The notes under the pieces were generated by a model. That model was not told where the DNA came from and did not search any database. It saw only the letters and a program-made list of their open reading frames with translations. A stretch of DNA of 64,000 nucleotides. It comes from Hydrolagus colliei. Its lineage: Eukaryota. The number at the start of each line of letters is the position of its first letter. Positions within the stretch are counted from its first letter, which is position 1. Below are positions 11,590-23,371 of the stretch, piece after piece. The position numbers and the translations under genes are program-made. The stretch spans positions 744,001-808,000 of the forward strand of contig CM068775.1 of assembly GCA_035084275.1 (NCBI GenBank), given 5' to 3'.

Positions 11590-12092
11590 TGTGCTGGTGG
11601 ATCTCACTCTCAGATCCCTGAGTTATAGCGGGATTTATTCCTGCTCAATTGTGAATCTCTGTGTCACATTTCAATTGTGAAATGATTCACTAAAGGCAGA
11701 GATGTCTGTCCGGGAATCTGCATCGCCTGAGAAGCAGTTTAAAGTTACCACGTGACCAGTTTCAGTTTAGAAACACAGATTAAGACACTGTCTCTGTGAT
11801 TTTAATATAATTGTAAAATAAAATATTTACTGTTCTTACTCCGAGCAACAAAGTTTTAAAAATGTTAGGTCTCTGTGGCTGTTTGAAAAGCAGCTGAAAT
11901 TTAAATGTTGCTGAATTAATTTAATCTTAATTAAAATATTAATTAATTAAATGTTGTATTCAATTTGCCAATAGGTACTTGTTTCAAGATTACACAAACC
12001 TGCAGATAATCTTACACATTTATACAATTGCTTGAAAATTTAAAAGTTGAGACTTTCTGATTTACTGACATTTATTCAAACAATTAATTCTG
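11590..12092. promoter_or_regulatory. Candidate J-C intronic enhancer module, copy A
   Basis: GGTCACGTGG (muE3-like, 11748-11757 minus), CAGCTG E-box and an AT-rich tract; paralogous to 14600-15118. Confidence 0.4.
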
Positions 12093-12554
12093 TTTAGCTA
12101 GATTACAAAATCACCACAACCCATCAGACAGCCACTGTGTTGGCATTAAATTGGTATAATAAACAGTTATTTGACTAATTATGGATTATGGTCAATATTA
12201 ACTCTTTTATCAACCAAACTAGAGAAACCATACAATGCAATAACAACAACTTGCGCTAAAGCAGTCAGGATAGTGCCTCAGAGCACGTAACAGTGACAGA
12301 TCCTGACAGAGAATAACCTGTGTTGTGCCCAGGACAAGATTCTCACAAGGAATCCTGTCTGACTTGTGATTGTGATCAGTGGAACCTGCAGCAGCCGCTG
12401 CCCTAATGCTAAATAGAGACACAAATGTGTCCAGCACATCATGGACTATCTGTGTCACACATCAGCTGTGAAATGGTTAAAGACACTGGTCTGTGTCCGG
12501 AGGAGTTGATGTCATTGAAGCTGCTTTGATTGACTTTTACATTCATATTTGACA

Positions 12555-12925
12555 AAATAATAATAATTCTGGAATTTAATATATTGCCTTTATTGCATCT
12601 TCAAAAAATCTCAAATTATTTTGCAGAATACACTGTAAAGTGAATTAACCGTTTTTAAAATGAATCTGAGTAGCCAATTGTGCACAGCAGTGTCCCGCAA
12701 ACAGCCATGGATTGAGTGACCAAATTATTATTATTACTTTGATTGATTTATTAATTTTGGAAATATAATCCGCTAAAAGACAAACAAATGAGATCCTATT
12801 TACTGCTGGGTAAACAGTGTGTTTGTGTGTGTGTTTGTGGACTGAAGAAAATTGCCCAGTAGTTTGCCCTGATCAGCTCAGGAATCAAACCCAGGTCCTC
12901 TCATTTGGGATCACTGAGCACCATG
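12555..12925 (-). mobile_element. Deu-type tRNA-SINE
   Basis: Same head, core and tail as the other copies. Confidence 0.7.
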
Positions 12926-12927
12926 TG

Positions 12928-13578
12928 TAAGAACATAAGAACATAATAATTAGGAGCAGGAGAAGGCCATTCGGCCCTTCGAGCCTGCTCCACCATTCAA
13001 TAAGATCATGGCTGATCTTCTCACCTAACTCTAATTACCTGCCCTATCCCCATATCCCCTAATCCCTCTATTTTTCAAAAATCTATCAGTCTCAGCCTTG
13101 AAAATGTTCAAGGACTGAGCATCTACAGCCTTCTGGGGTAGTGAATTCCATAAATTCACTACCCTCTGAGTGAAGAAATATTTCCTCAACTCTGTTCTAA
13201 AAAGCTGACCCTTGATTTTACGACTGTGACCCCTGGTTATAGATTCTCCTACCAGGGGAAACAGTCCCTCAGTGTCTACTTTATCCAGCCCTTTAAGAAT
13301 GTTATATGTTTCAATAAGAACCCCCTAATTCTTCTGTACTCTAGAGAATACAGCCCTAAAATATTCAACCTATCCTCATAGGTCAGTCCCCTCATCCCAG
13401 GAATTAACCAAGTGAATCTACGCTGCACCCTCTCTCAGGTAAGTATGTCCTTTTTTAAATGAGGAGACCAAAACTGCCCACAATACTCTAGGTGCGGTCT
13501 CACCAAAGTCCTATACAGTTGCAGCAAGACTTCCCTACTCTTGTACTCGAAACCTTTTGAAATGTACGCTAGCATGCC
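12928..13578 (-). mobile_element. CR1 LINE 3' fragment (TTCTTATG-tail subfamily)
   Basis: GMLA..SK.FEYK...LYRTLVRPHLEYCGQFWSP motif and (TTCTTATG)n tail. Confidence 0.9.
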
Positions 13579-13847
13579 GAGACATGAAACCAAGGCCCAA
13601 TCTAAATTCAGTTAGATGTTAAAGATCCCACCGCACTTTCAAAAACAGAAGCTACTTTTTCTCTCTCTCTCCTGTTGTTCCGGTCAACAATCCTCTAAAT
13701 AAATTTCCCAATCACTCTCGGCCTGTTTTGTGGGACATTGTTGTGCTCAACTTGCTTCTGTGGTTAGTCCACAAAATACCATCACTCCACTTTATATTAT
13801 TTCCTGTGAAGCGCTTTGTGACGTCTCACCAAAGTGATAGGCACTGA

Positions 13848-14250
13848 ACAACAACAAAGTTGTCCTTATATAGTGCCTTTAACCTGGGGAGGACATCCCA
13901 CAGTGTCTGGTTGGGACCCGAGCGCGGGCGGAGGGTCGGGGGAAGGGGAAGGAGAGTTAGTGGGGCAGCCGAAGAGGAAGGTCTTGAGACCAGCCTTGAT
14001 GCAGGAAATGGAGGAAGCAAGGTGGGAGAAGCAAGGCGAAGGGGCGGAGGGATGGAGTATCCACAGTGAGGGAGCAGAGCGGCTGAAAGCCCGGCCACCG
14101 ATGGTTGGGCGGTTAGGGCAGTGGATGCAGAGCAGGCCTGATTTTGCTGAAAGGAGGGTGTGGGCAAGCTGATAGGGAGATAGTAGGTTAGAGAAATAGG
14201 CGGGGGCAAGGCCTTGAAAGTGAGGACGAGGATCTTGAATTCGATGTTAA
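13848..14250 (-). mobile_element. L2 LINE 3' fragment
   Basis: IEFKILVLTFKAL motif and (TTG)n tail. Confidence 0.85.
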
Positions 14251-14599
14251 TGTAATCCTGCAATGTAATGGAATCCTGAAGCTAATATAATGATTATTAT
14301 TGTATTTCTGTGTGATTGACTGTCTGCATACCTGCTAATGTAGGCTAGTTGGAGTTGTGTGTTGAGATATTTAAAATTTCTCCCAATGTTTACTGAAATT
14401 TTGATAACAATATTAGTATGAATTTGTATTTCCAGAAACAAACAGAGGGGTGGGGTGGGGGGAGCAGCAGCTGAATTGGCCCCAAGGTGACACAATTGTC
14501 TGTTTAAATGTAAATACAGTTTAAATATAAGATCATAATAATATTGGTTCAGCTGTGACTGTGTGAGAGAAAAACTGTTACTCTGCACGGCAATGCCTG

Positions 14600-15118
14600 T
14601 CCCTTTGCTGATGGATGTCACTCTCAGTTCCCTGAGCTGTAGCAGGATTTATTCCTCCTCAATTATGAATCTCTGTGTCACATTTCAGCTGTGAAATGGT
14701 TAAATAAAAGCAGAGATGTCTGTCCAGGAATCTGCACCGACTGAGAAGCATCTTAAAGTTACCACGTGACGAGTTTCAGTTTAGAAACACGGAGATTCAG
14801 ACCGTGTCTCTGTGATTATAATAGCATTAAAAATTATCCCAAGCTAGAATAGTTACTGTACCTCCTCCAAGTAACAAGGTTTAAACATGTACGGTCTCTG
14901 TGTCAAAAAGCAGCTGAAATTCAAATATTGCTTAATTCATTTAATCTCAAATGAAATGTTAATTAATTAATTGAGAAATGAAAAAAATGGTTTGCCAATA
15001 AATACTTAGTTCAAGATTACACAGATCTACAGATAAATTTACACATTTGTATGATTGTTTGAAAATGTCATAGTTGAAACTTTCAGATTTACTGACATTT
15101 ATAAAACAATTTATTCTG
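14600..15118. promoter_or_regulatory. Candidate J-C intronic enhancer module, copy B
   Basis: Paralogue of 11590-12092; retains CCACGTGAC (14762-14770) and CAGCTG. Confidence 0.4.
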
Positions 15119-15242
15119 CGACATTTAAACGTCCTGTTTTTTCATGTTGCAGTAAATTTGACCCAGGCTGACAGACAGATAGACAGACAGGCAGACAGGC
15201 AGCACAGGTGGTGTTAACAATGAACAACAAGTGACGCTAGTA

Positions 15243-16160
15243 TCTGTCCGACATCGAGTCCTGGACGAGGGACAACTTTTTGCAATTGAACGTGAGTAAG
15301 ACCGAGGCCCTCCTGATCGGCTCAAGCCAGCGCCTCCGCACATCGGGCACTGCCAGCCTCAACATCCAAGGCTGCACTCTCCACCTCACAAAGCCAATCA
15401 GGAACCTCGGCATCATGTTCGATCAAAAACTTTCCTTCCTCCCCCACATCCGCGCTTTGACTGGCACCGCTTATTTCCAACTGCGCAATATTGCCAGGCT
15501 CCGCAATTATCTAACCCCCAGCGCTGCCGAAACACTCGTGCATGCGTACATCACCTCACGGCTGGATTACGGAAACTCTCTCCTCGTCGGCCTCCCTGTT
15601 CCTCCATTCACAGGCTGCAGGCCATCCAAAACTCTGCAGCCCGTGTACTATCTCGCACCCGCCTCCGCGACCACATAACCCCCACCCTCGCCCGTCTCCA
15701 CTGGCTCCCCATCCTCCAGAGGATCGAGTTCAAGATCCTCGTCCTCACCTACAAGGCCTTACACGGCCTTGCCCCATCCTACCTAACCGATCTACTTTCC
15801 CCCTACAAGCCCACCAGGACCCTCCGTTCAACAAGACTTAGCCTGCTCCAAGCCCCCCGCCCGAACCGCCCCACCATCGGAGGCCGGGCCTTCAGTTTCT
15901 CCGCTCCCACCCTATGGAATGCCATCCCTCAATTCCTCTCTCTCGTTTCTTCCCTTTCCTCTTTCAAGGCCGGTTTGAAGACTTTCCTCTTCGACCGTGT
16001 CTTTTGTTCCACCCCGAATTTTTCTACCTCCCCTTCGTGTTTTACCCCTTCCCAAACACTCCCCTCTCAGCTCGGGTCACACGCCTCGTATGCAGCGCCT
16101 TGGGACGTCCTCCCGACGTGAAAGGCGCTCTATAAATGTCATGTGTTGTTGTCGTTGTTG
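15243..16160 (+). mobile_element. 5'-truncated L2 LINE (RT C-terminal region, one frameshift)
   Basis: LQLNVSKTE...RNLGIMFD...SRLDYGNSLL; 1-nt deletion near 15599; then QNSAAR...HWLPILQRIEFK and a (TTG)n tail. Confidence 0.92.
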
Positions 16161-18116
16161 TCTGCTTCCTGCCCCTTTGGCCACTGCCTTGTTACTTATA
16201 AATAAATGTAATAAACCATTGATAAAGCCAGAGACTAGCCGAACACTGGGAGCCCATTACATATCTTTACTTTAGAGATTTGCCTCCAATTAATAATAAC
16301 CTTCAAATTAATTTGAATTTAGAATCCGGTTATTCTGAAGAACTCGGGAGAAACGTAACGCACTGACCCCAGCTCCCAACAGCTCTGCACACACTGTCAG
16401 ATATCCCTGTTCAGCCATTAGCTATTACACTGCTCAATGCTGTTTAATCAGGTCTAACACACAATCACATACTGAACCCTGACATCTCAAACACAAACTG
16501 TTTCCATCCAATAATCCACAAATCACTCAATATTCTCTTTCTCTCAGCCCGAAGCTCTCTCTCTCTCTCTCTCAGTAACTGCCCAGCCAGCTCACACACT
16601 GTCCTTCCACATCACAACATGAAGCATTAAACCTGGTGCAGTGTAACTCACAGTCACAATTCCCTGCAGCACAAAGTTACACACGATAAGTAAACCATGG
16701 AATATGAAATAAATAATCCTTGCATTTGATATAATAATAATCCTTATATTTTTAAATAGCATTTTTCACGTCTTCTAGACTTTTCAAAGCGCTTCACAGA
16801 ATATACAGTAAAGTGAATAGACTGTAAATGTGTGGGTGAAACGTGGCAGCCAATTGTGCACAGCAGTGTCCCACAAACAGTCATGGATTAAATGACCAAT
16901 TTCTTATTTTAGATATTGCACTTTTCAAGTTTTTTAGGCATCTCAAAGCGCTTAACAGAATATACTGTAAAGTGAAATGACTGTATTTGTCGATTTACAA
17001 TGAAATGAGATATTGATGCCTTTCACCTTCAGCTCAGCCGTCTCTGAACATTGAGCTGATTAGCTCTGAAATCATTAGTTTGCTGCCAGCGACCAGTGTC
17101 ACTGTATGTTAAGCATCTAATTTCACCCACAAATGTACAGTCAAATCACTTTACAGTATATTCTGTGAAATGTTTTGAGTCGTCCAGAAGATGTGAAAAG
17201 CGCTATAGCTAATGTAAGGCTTATTATTATAAACAACTGGATCTCCTACACTGCAGCTGTGTTAGGTAGAGTTTACTATTTGTTTATTCAAATAAAATCT
17301 GTGTTTTTTGGCAGATCAGTTGGTGTAAAACAAGAAACTGATGATTATAAAGCAGCAGCGACCTCTTGTGTCTCTGTGCACTGTTAGGAAGCCTCATTCC
17401 ATTTGCTGTTAAAATCAATTGAAATGAAGTCTGAACTCTGACTGTCGCTGACTGAAATAGTGACTGGTGTGTGGGGAAGCTGAGGGAATGAGACTGTGAG
17501 CAACACATTAATGCCGATATCAATTAAAATAAAAACCTTCACTATTATTTCTATAATATCTGAGCAGATTGAGTGGCTGTATTTTCAATCAGATTCCCAA
17601 CAGTAAAAACCCACTTTACTTCAGACTCCCCCCCTCCCCCAGATCAGCCTCTTTAAACTGCAGCCACTTTGCTTATATTAAATAATGGATTGAAATACAT
17701 ATTGGAACCGATCAGATAACCTTCCAGTCGCTCATCCCACAACATTCAGGCCAAGATTCCCAACATGTGGGCAAAATTTCAAACACTTTTATTCAATTCC
17801 TGATCACATTATACCCCGAAAACAGCAGTCACCAGTCACTGTGATCAGACATTGCAGAAAGTCCATCAGTGTAACTTCAGCTGTACAGTCACTAACCACC
17901 ACAAATATCACCAGCAATGAACTAAACATGGACAGAATAATCCTTAAATCAACAGTGGCTGTTGAAAGCAATAGCAGTGAAATGAATTTAACTCGCACTA
18001 AACTCTGAGATAGGCCTGGCTACTCACAGGTCATTAAATTAAATAGCTGTTAAAGAGAATAAAATAAACATATAAATATAAACTCAGCATTGTGAGTGAG
18101 AGTGTCGGTTTCTTAC

Positions 18117-18503
18117 CGTCAGTCACTGTCACCATGGTGCCTTGTCCCCAGTAGTCAATGAGTACTCCAGTGTACACACTGTATACATTGTACCCTCTTG
18201 CACAGTAATAGATGGCGGTGTCTTGAACTGTCAGGCTGTTGATGGTCAGATCGCAGATGTGATCGGAATAATCTTTGATGACAGTGACACGGTTTCGGAT
18301 GCCGGGCGCATAAAGATTGTCGGAATGGGATCTCCTGTAATACCGGAGCAGCCATTCCAGCCCCTTCCCAGGAACCCGTCGGACCCAGAACATAAATTTG
18401 TTGCTGAGATCAAACCCGCTGGTTGTACAGGTGAGTCTCAGGGCCTGGCCAGGCTTCCCGGTTAGAGACGACGGCTGTGTCAGCACCACATCGGCCTGGA
18501 CAC
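18117..18503 (-). CDS. IGHV: Pre-joined (germline-joined) VH-D-JH exon
   Basis: tctttacag|GT GTC CAG GCC GAT GTG...YYCAR-GYNVYSVYTGVLIDY-WGQGTMVTVTD G|gtaaga; open frame; no RSS or spacer between V, D and J. Confidence 0.96.
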
Positions 18504-18616
18504 CTGTAAAGAACAAATGACCAAAGATTAATTATTGTGAGATATCCCGGCTCTGTGACATTGCAGAGAGAATCACACACACACACAGTCAGACTTGTCC
18601 CAATAATAGAACTCAC

Positions 18617-18662
18617 GGGAGAAGAGAGCCAGCAACAGACTGAGAGATATCAGGGACCTCAT
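18617..18662 (-). CDS. IGHV: IgH leader exon
   Basis: ATG AGG TCC...TTC TCC C|gtgagt encodes MRSLISLSLLLALFS(R)VQA; 113-nt intron, phase 1. Confidence 0.95.
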
Positions 18663-18756
18663 GTTTCTGGGCAATTGTCAGAACTGACCCTTGAGCCCAA
18701 TAACCGAGGGACAAAGATCTGCCGGATGGACAGATGGCCTCAGTCCCCAGTGACCG

Positions 18757-18830
18757 CTATTTAACAAGAGGCAGTGGGGCCAGGTGTTTGGAGAATGGAC
18801 CAATAGCTACAGGACTGAGGGGAGTCACGC
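18757..18830 (-). promoter_or_regulatory. Putative VH core promoter (TATA-like, E-box, CCAAT, TGACTC; no octamer)
   Basis: TTAAATAG 18757-18764 about 95 nt upstream of ATG; CAGGTG 18781-18786; CCAAT 18800-18804; no ATGCAAAT seen nearby. Confidence 0.4.
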
Positions 18831-20346
18831 CTCACATTCCCTTGGACCTGCACAGATCAATAATTGTGCCCTTTACATTCGGCATTGACCGCAAATTCAT
18901 ATTAATATAAGTGTCGATAGTATTAGCCCCATCACCGACCCTGAAGCCTCATGAATTGTTTCCTTTAATGTGTGTGTGTGTGTGTGAGTGGAGTAATTGG
19001 TAAGTTCAACACAAACCTACGTGAACCCTATTTCAGTGAGTGACTGTTAAAGTTAGGGAGACAGTGGCAGCAGAAAAATATAGAAGCCCTGGGTTACTTT
19101 TGAAAATAATATTTTGTGATACAGTATATTGTTGAGGACATGACAAGTATGTGTGACGGCCAGGATGGTGGAAGGCAATCCAAATGGACCATTGGCTTTT
19201 GTGCTGCAATTAGTATTTTCTTATGTTTATATAATCATCTTTTGGATCATAAACCTTGCATTCGACATAATGCCTTTTCATGTTATTGAAATGTCTAAAG
19301 GAACTTCACAAAATGCTCTTTAAATTGTAGTAACTGTTTATTTTATGTACAATAATTAACATTGTGCCTTAATTATTTCCTATGGTTTAGTGATGTTCTG
19401 ATCACCTGCAGATGATTATTTGCTGTTTCCTGCTCTTTCAATTCTGATTTCACATCACATATGGGCATGAAGGCGTGAATCCTCTTGTTACTTCAACTGG
19501 CATTTTGATGTGGATATATTGATACTGAAAAATCTTATGTTCCTTGCGGGAGGGAGTAGGGGGAGAGAGAGATGGCGGCGTGGGGGGAGAGAGGGATCTT
19601 TAATCTTTTTTTTCTATTTTATAAATTGTTGATGTGTCCTTACTCCTACTTTGCTCTCTGTTCTCTTACATTTGAGGAAGTCTATCTTATTGTCTGTTTC
19701 GATATCAAACGTAGCCACAATAATTATCTCTGGATTGGAAGATAATGGGAATGAATTCAGCCTTCAGTCCACTTACAATAATAATCCTCTCTGTTCTCAG
19801 TCCCTGCATTTACTGAAATCACAAGCTTGATTGGTTATGAAATAATGCAATGGTGGTGAACGGTTTGATGTGGCGGCTCATGATTTTAAGCCAGACATGA
19901 AATGTTCTCTTGGGGTGAGAAGCCAGGTGGGGAGGGCTGCTGGTTGAGTGGGAGCCCAGTGTAATGTCAGACCAGTCACACTCCTTCAGGACAAGAAGAA
20001 AACTGGGAAGAAATAATATGAAGCTTGAATCAGAAATGATTTAAGTAATTTATTACTGTTATAATATCTTGACCACTTATTATCAGAAGTGTGGTGTAAG
20101 GAAACTTGCCCAAGGCTTTGTCCTGCCAGGTATCAAACCCTAGTCTCTGGCTTGCGAGGTGAGTGCTCTAACCCCTGAGCTACAGGACTCAACTTTGAGA
20201 CATGTGGATCCACCGCTGAATCTTGAATTCTCCTTTGGGCACTGGATCTGGGAACTGTACAAGATCTACAAGGCCTCCCATCTTACAGCAAACCTGTGAG
20301 CACAACATCAATCCCACACATCAGGAAATGAATCATTACAGTGGAT

Positions 20347-20655
20347 TACTGTAGCTCAATGTTTGGAGCCCTCGACTTTCAAGCGTGAGACCTGTGTTTC
20401 GATTCCAGGCAGGGCGATGCTTTGGGCAAGTTTCCTTACTCCATGTGTTGAATAATAATGCATCCCAAAGAAACCTATAAAATATTGGTCATTTCAATCC
20501 AGGACTATTTTAGGACATCGCTTTGTGCAATTAGCTGCCGGGTTTTGCCAACAACTATAGAGTCAATCCACTTTACAGTATATTCTATGAAACGCTTTGA
20601 GACACAGTTTAGAAGATGTGAAAAGCGCTATATCAAATGCAAGTATTATTATTAC
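20347..20655 (+). mobile_element. Deu-type tRNA-SINE
   Basis: Full head, core and tail. Confidence 0.8.
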
Positions 20656-20957
20656 TCATGGCTCATAGACAACAAGACACAGAACAGCTCCATGGCCACC
20701 TCACAAAACACTCCGGCTTTGAAGAAATATGAAGCAAAATATCATTTAAAACTTGTTTTTAATCAATTTTATTAATGGGAGGACTCTGTGCTTCAAACAT
20801 ATAATTTTGTTGTTGTCACTGTTTAGGACGCCTGTGCAGGACGCCACAGCGCCACAGTCAGCGGGTGTGGCCACCAGGTGTAACTGCAGTGTGTGCCCAC
20901 AGTATGTGCTCTGTGATGCCCGGTGTCACAGACACACTTTTACTGGGCGGCCACCAC

Positions 20958-21460
20958 AACAACAAAGTGACATTATAGAGAACATTTCATATCGGGAGGA
21001 CGTCCCAAGGGGCTGAACAGTCAGGTCAGGACCTGAGCTGGGAAGAGGGACAATGTAGGGGGAAGGAGTGGAGAGAGTTCGGAGGGACAGGAGAGAGTTA
21101 AGACAGGAGGGAGAAAGTTAGGAGAGCAGTAGAAGGCACATTCAAAGAGGAGAATCTTGAGAATGGCCTTGATGGAGGCGAGGGAGGGAACGAGGTGAAG
21201 GGACTCTGGAATGGAGTTCCAGAGTGAGGGGAAAGAGAGGATTTAAGGCCAGCCACCAATGGTAGGGCATGTCGGTTGAGGGATATGGAGCAGGCTGGAG
21301 CCTGTAGGGGAGGGTAGGTTAATAGGGGGACAGTATGTAGGAAAGATAGTTGGGGGCAAGTCCATGAATGGCCTTGAAAGTGAGGACGAGGATCTTGAAT
21401 TCGATACTCTGCGAGTTGGGGAGCCAATGGAGCCAGGCACAGTGACAAGGTCGTGGAGCT
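20958..21460 (-). mobile_element. L2 LINE 3' fragment
   Basis: LHWLPNSQSIEFKILVLTFKAIHGLAP motif and tail. Confidence 0.85.
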
Positions 21461-23137
21461 TGGTGCGGGTGTAACTTCAGCAAAAAGTACCAAACATGAA
21501 CATAATAGCATAAGAAATAAGAGGAGGCATAGGCCATTCAGCACCTCGAGCCTGTCCTGCTACTTATTAAGATCATGGCTGATCTTTTAACCCAATTCCA
21601 TTTACCAATCCTATACCCGGTATCCCTAAATGCCTCTATCCTTTAGAAATCTATCAGTCTCAATCTTCAATATATACAAGGATTGAGCATCCACAGCCTC
21701 ATGGGGTAGACAAATCTATGTTCACATTCGAGCAGGACCCAAATCTTGATTGGAACCAGCTCCTGAAGCGGCTCACACCTGTGGCCAGGCTGACATGCGG
21801 ATTTGGCCACTTTATCGCCTTGGATTTCAACATCAAGGGACACAAGTCTCAACGTGAGGCCTGATGCCACGGAGATGACTGGCGCCTCACCCTTGGCTGG
21901 TCTGAAGCACCATCACCACAATCACTGACTCACCGAGGCCTCAACCGGCAGTCGTGTGATGTCATTCCGGCCACGTCATTTGAATTTCCCAGCCCTGAAC
22001 TCACCGAGAAAACAGCCGTTATGATCCACACCTGCCCAGAGAGCAAACCCTGCCTCACTGACCACCACCGCCCACCTCTCCCCCACTCTCCAATATGGTC
22101 TGATCCTAGTCATAGCACTGCATCCCCAAACTGCTCTTGTTCCTGTCCCCCACACTCCACTATTCCCAATGACCACTCATCTCCCTCCAACCGATTTGAT
22201 TCCTAGTCTTGCTTGACCTTTCCACAGCCTTCCACTGATCCAAACTTCAAATTCTCCATTGCGCACACCTAGGCAGATGCCGCCGACTGTCTGACTGCAG
22301 CCACTCTGACTCATCCATCCCACACTCTATACCTCCAGCTGTGCTCCCAATTCTCTGCCTCCTTTTGCCTCTATCCCACCCCTCCCCTGTGCTTGGTTCC
22401 CAAATGCTGACTGTTCAGTGCCTTGGGACATCCTTCCGTCATGAAAGGCGCTCTATCAATTTAATCTTGTTGTCATTGTTACTACATTTGGAAGGAAACA
22501 GTACATCATTGACGTCTGCTCATAATGTAAGCGTTAATTAGTCCTGTGATGCCCCTGGTGAAATACAGAATGACAAAAAACATGAATGTGAATTCAGATT
22601 CATAATATTTATAACTAAATTAGAAGTATACATCACAACAATGCTTCCATAAAGGCCAACAGCTCACAATGATTTAAGTTGACCAAACCAATGTTGCCAA
22701 AGAGATGGAGGAATAATGTCCAATTCATATTTAATTTAATGTCCACCAAAAGGTATTGAGGTATTCAGGCACAGCAGCCCTTTCAATCAGCAACTATGTA
22801 CTGTTACACAGTTTGAGAGCATTGGTAAAGGTGTTGACAGTTGTCTACGACTTAGTCTTGACTGTTTCTTCTTCAGAAGCTGCAATGCTGCAAGTTCCAC
22901 TATCTTCTTTTCTTTCTTCTTTGATCTTCAAATCAATCCCCCCTTTTATGTTCATTGGATGATCTTTTCACCCAGTTTCTTCTGCAAGAGGGTTCCTCTG
23001 CAAAACCAAATGTTGCTCAGCTGTCTCTCCACCTGCAGACCACCTCTCCATGGGAAACACACCAATAAGGCCAGGGAAACGGTTTGTCAACTTTAACCAG
23101 TTTGTTGTCTCTTCTGCAAAGCCGGTCACAACCAGCT

Positions 23138-23177
23138 CCCATCATTGTGAAGCCGGTCACGGCTTCACAATGATGGG
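23138..23177. repeat. Perfect 18-bp inverted repeat with 4-nt loop
   Basis: CCCATCATTGTGAAGCCG-gtca-CGGCTTCACAATGATGGG. Confidence 0.95.
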
Positions 23178-23371
23178 TCACAACAACAACCAAACTACAC
23201 TAGTACCAGCTGCCAATAGAAGCACCTGACCAATCACATATCTCAACTATCTATTGTTAATGTAATTGATACATTAATTTAATATATTAACTACAGATCT
23301 TACAGTAATGTTGGAAAGTTTCCCTGTTTGTGAAAATAATGAAGGTGAAGTTGAACTGCGTTTGTAGCCAA

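Larger units (their letters stand above)
1..14518 (+). repeat. Copy 1 of large near-identical tandem/segmental duplication
   Basis: Base 1 matches 49468; offset 49467, then 49481 after a 14-bp insertion, then 49482. The ORF track is mirrored (372/49839, 6146/55628, 9782/59264). Homology runs to both window edges. Confidence 0.98.

Noticed and set aside
17837-17843. RSS heptamer (CACAGTG, minus) just downstream of J
   Set aside because: No ACAAAAACC-like nonamer at 12 or 22/23 spacing; no J-like WGxG frame.
18880-18900. CCGCAAAT as an Ig octamer
   Set aside because: Two mismatches to ATGCAAAT; chondrichthyan VH promoters are reported to lack the octamer.
22700-23100. Lys/Glu-rich coding-like stretch on the minus strand
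   Set aside because: Broken by stops and frame changes; possibly a decayed transposase, but I cannot assign it.
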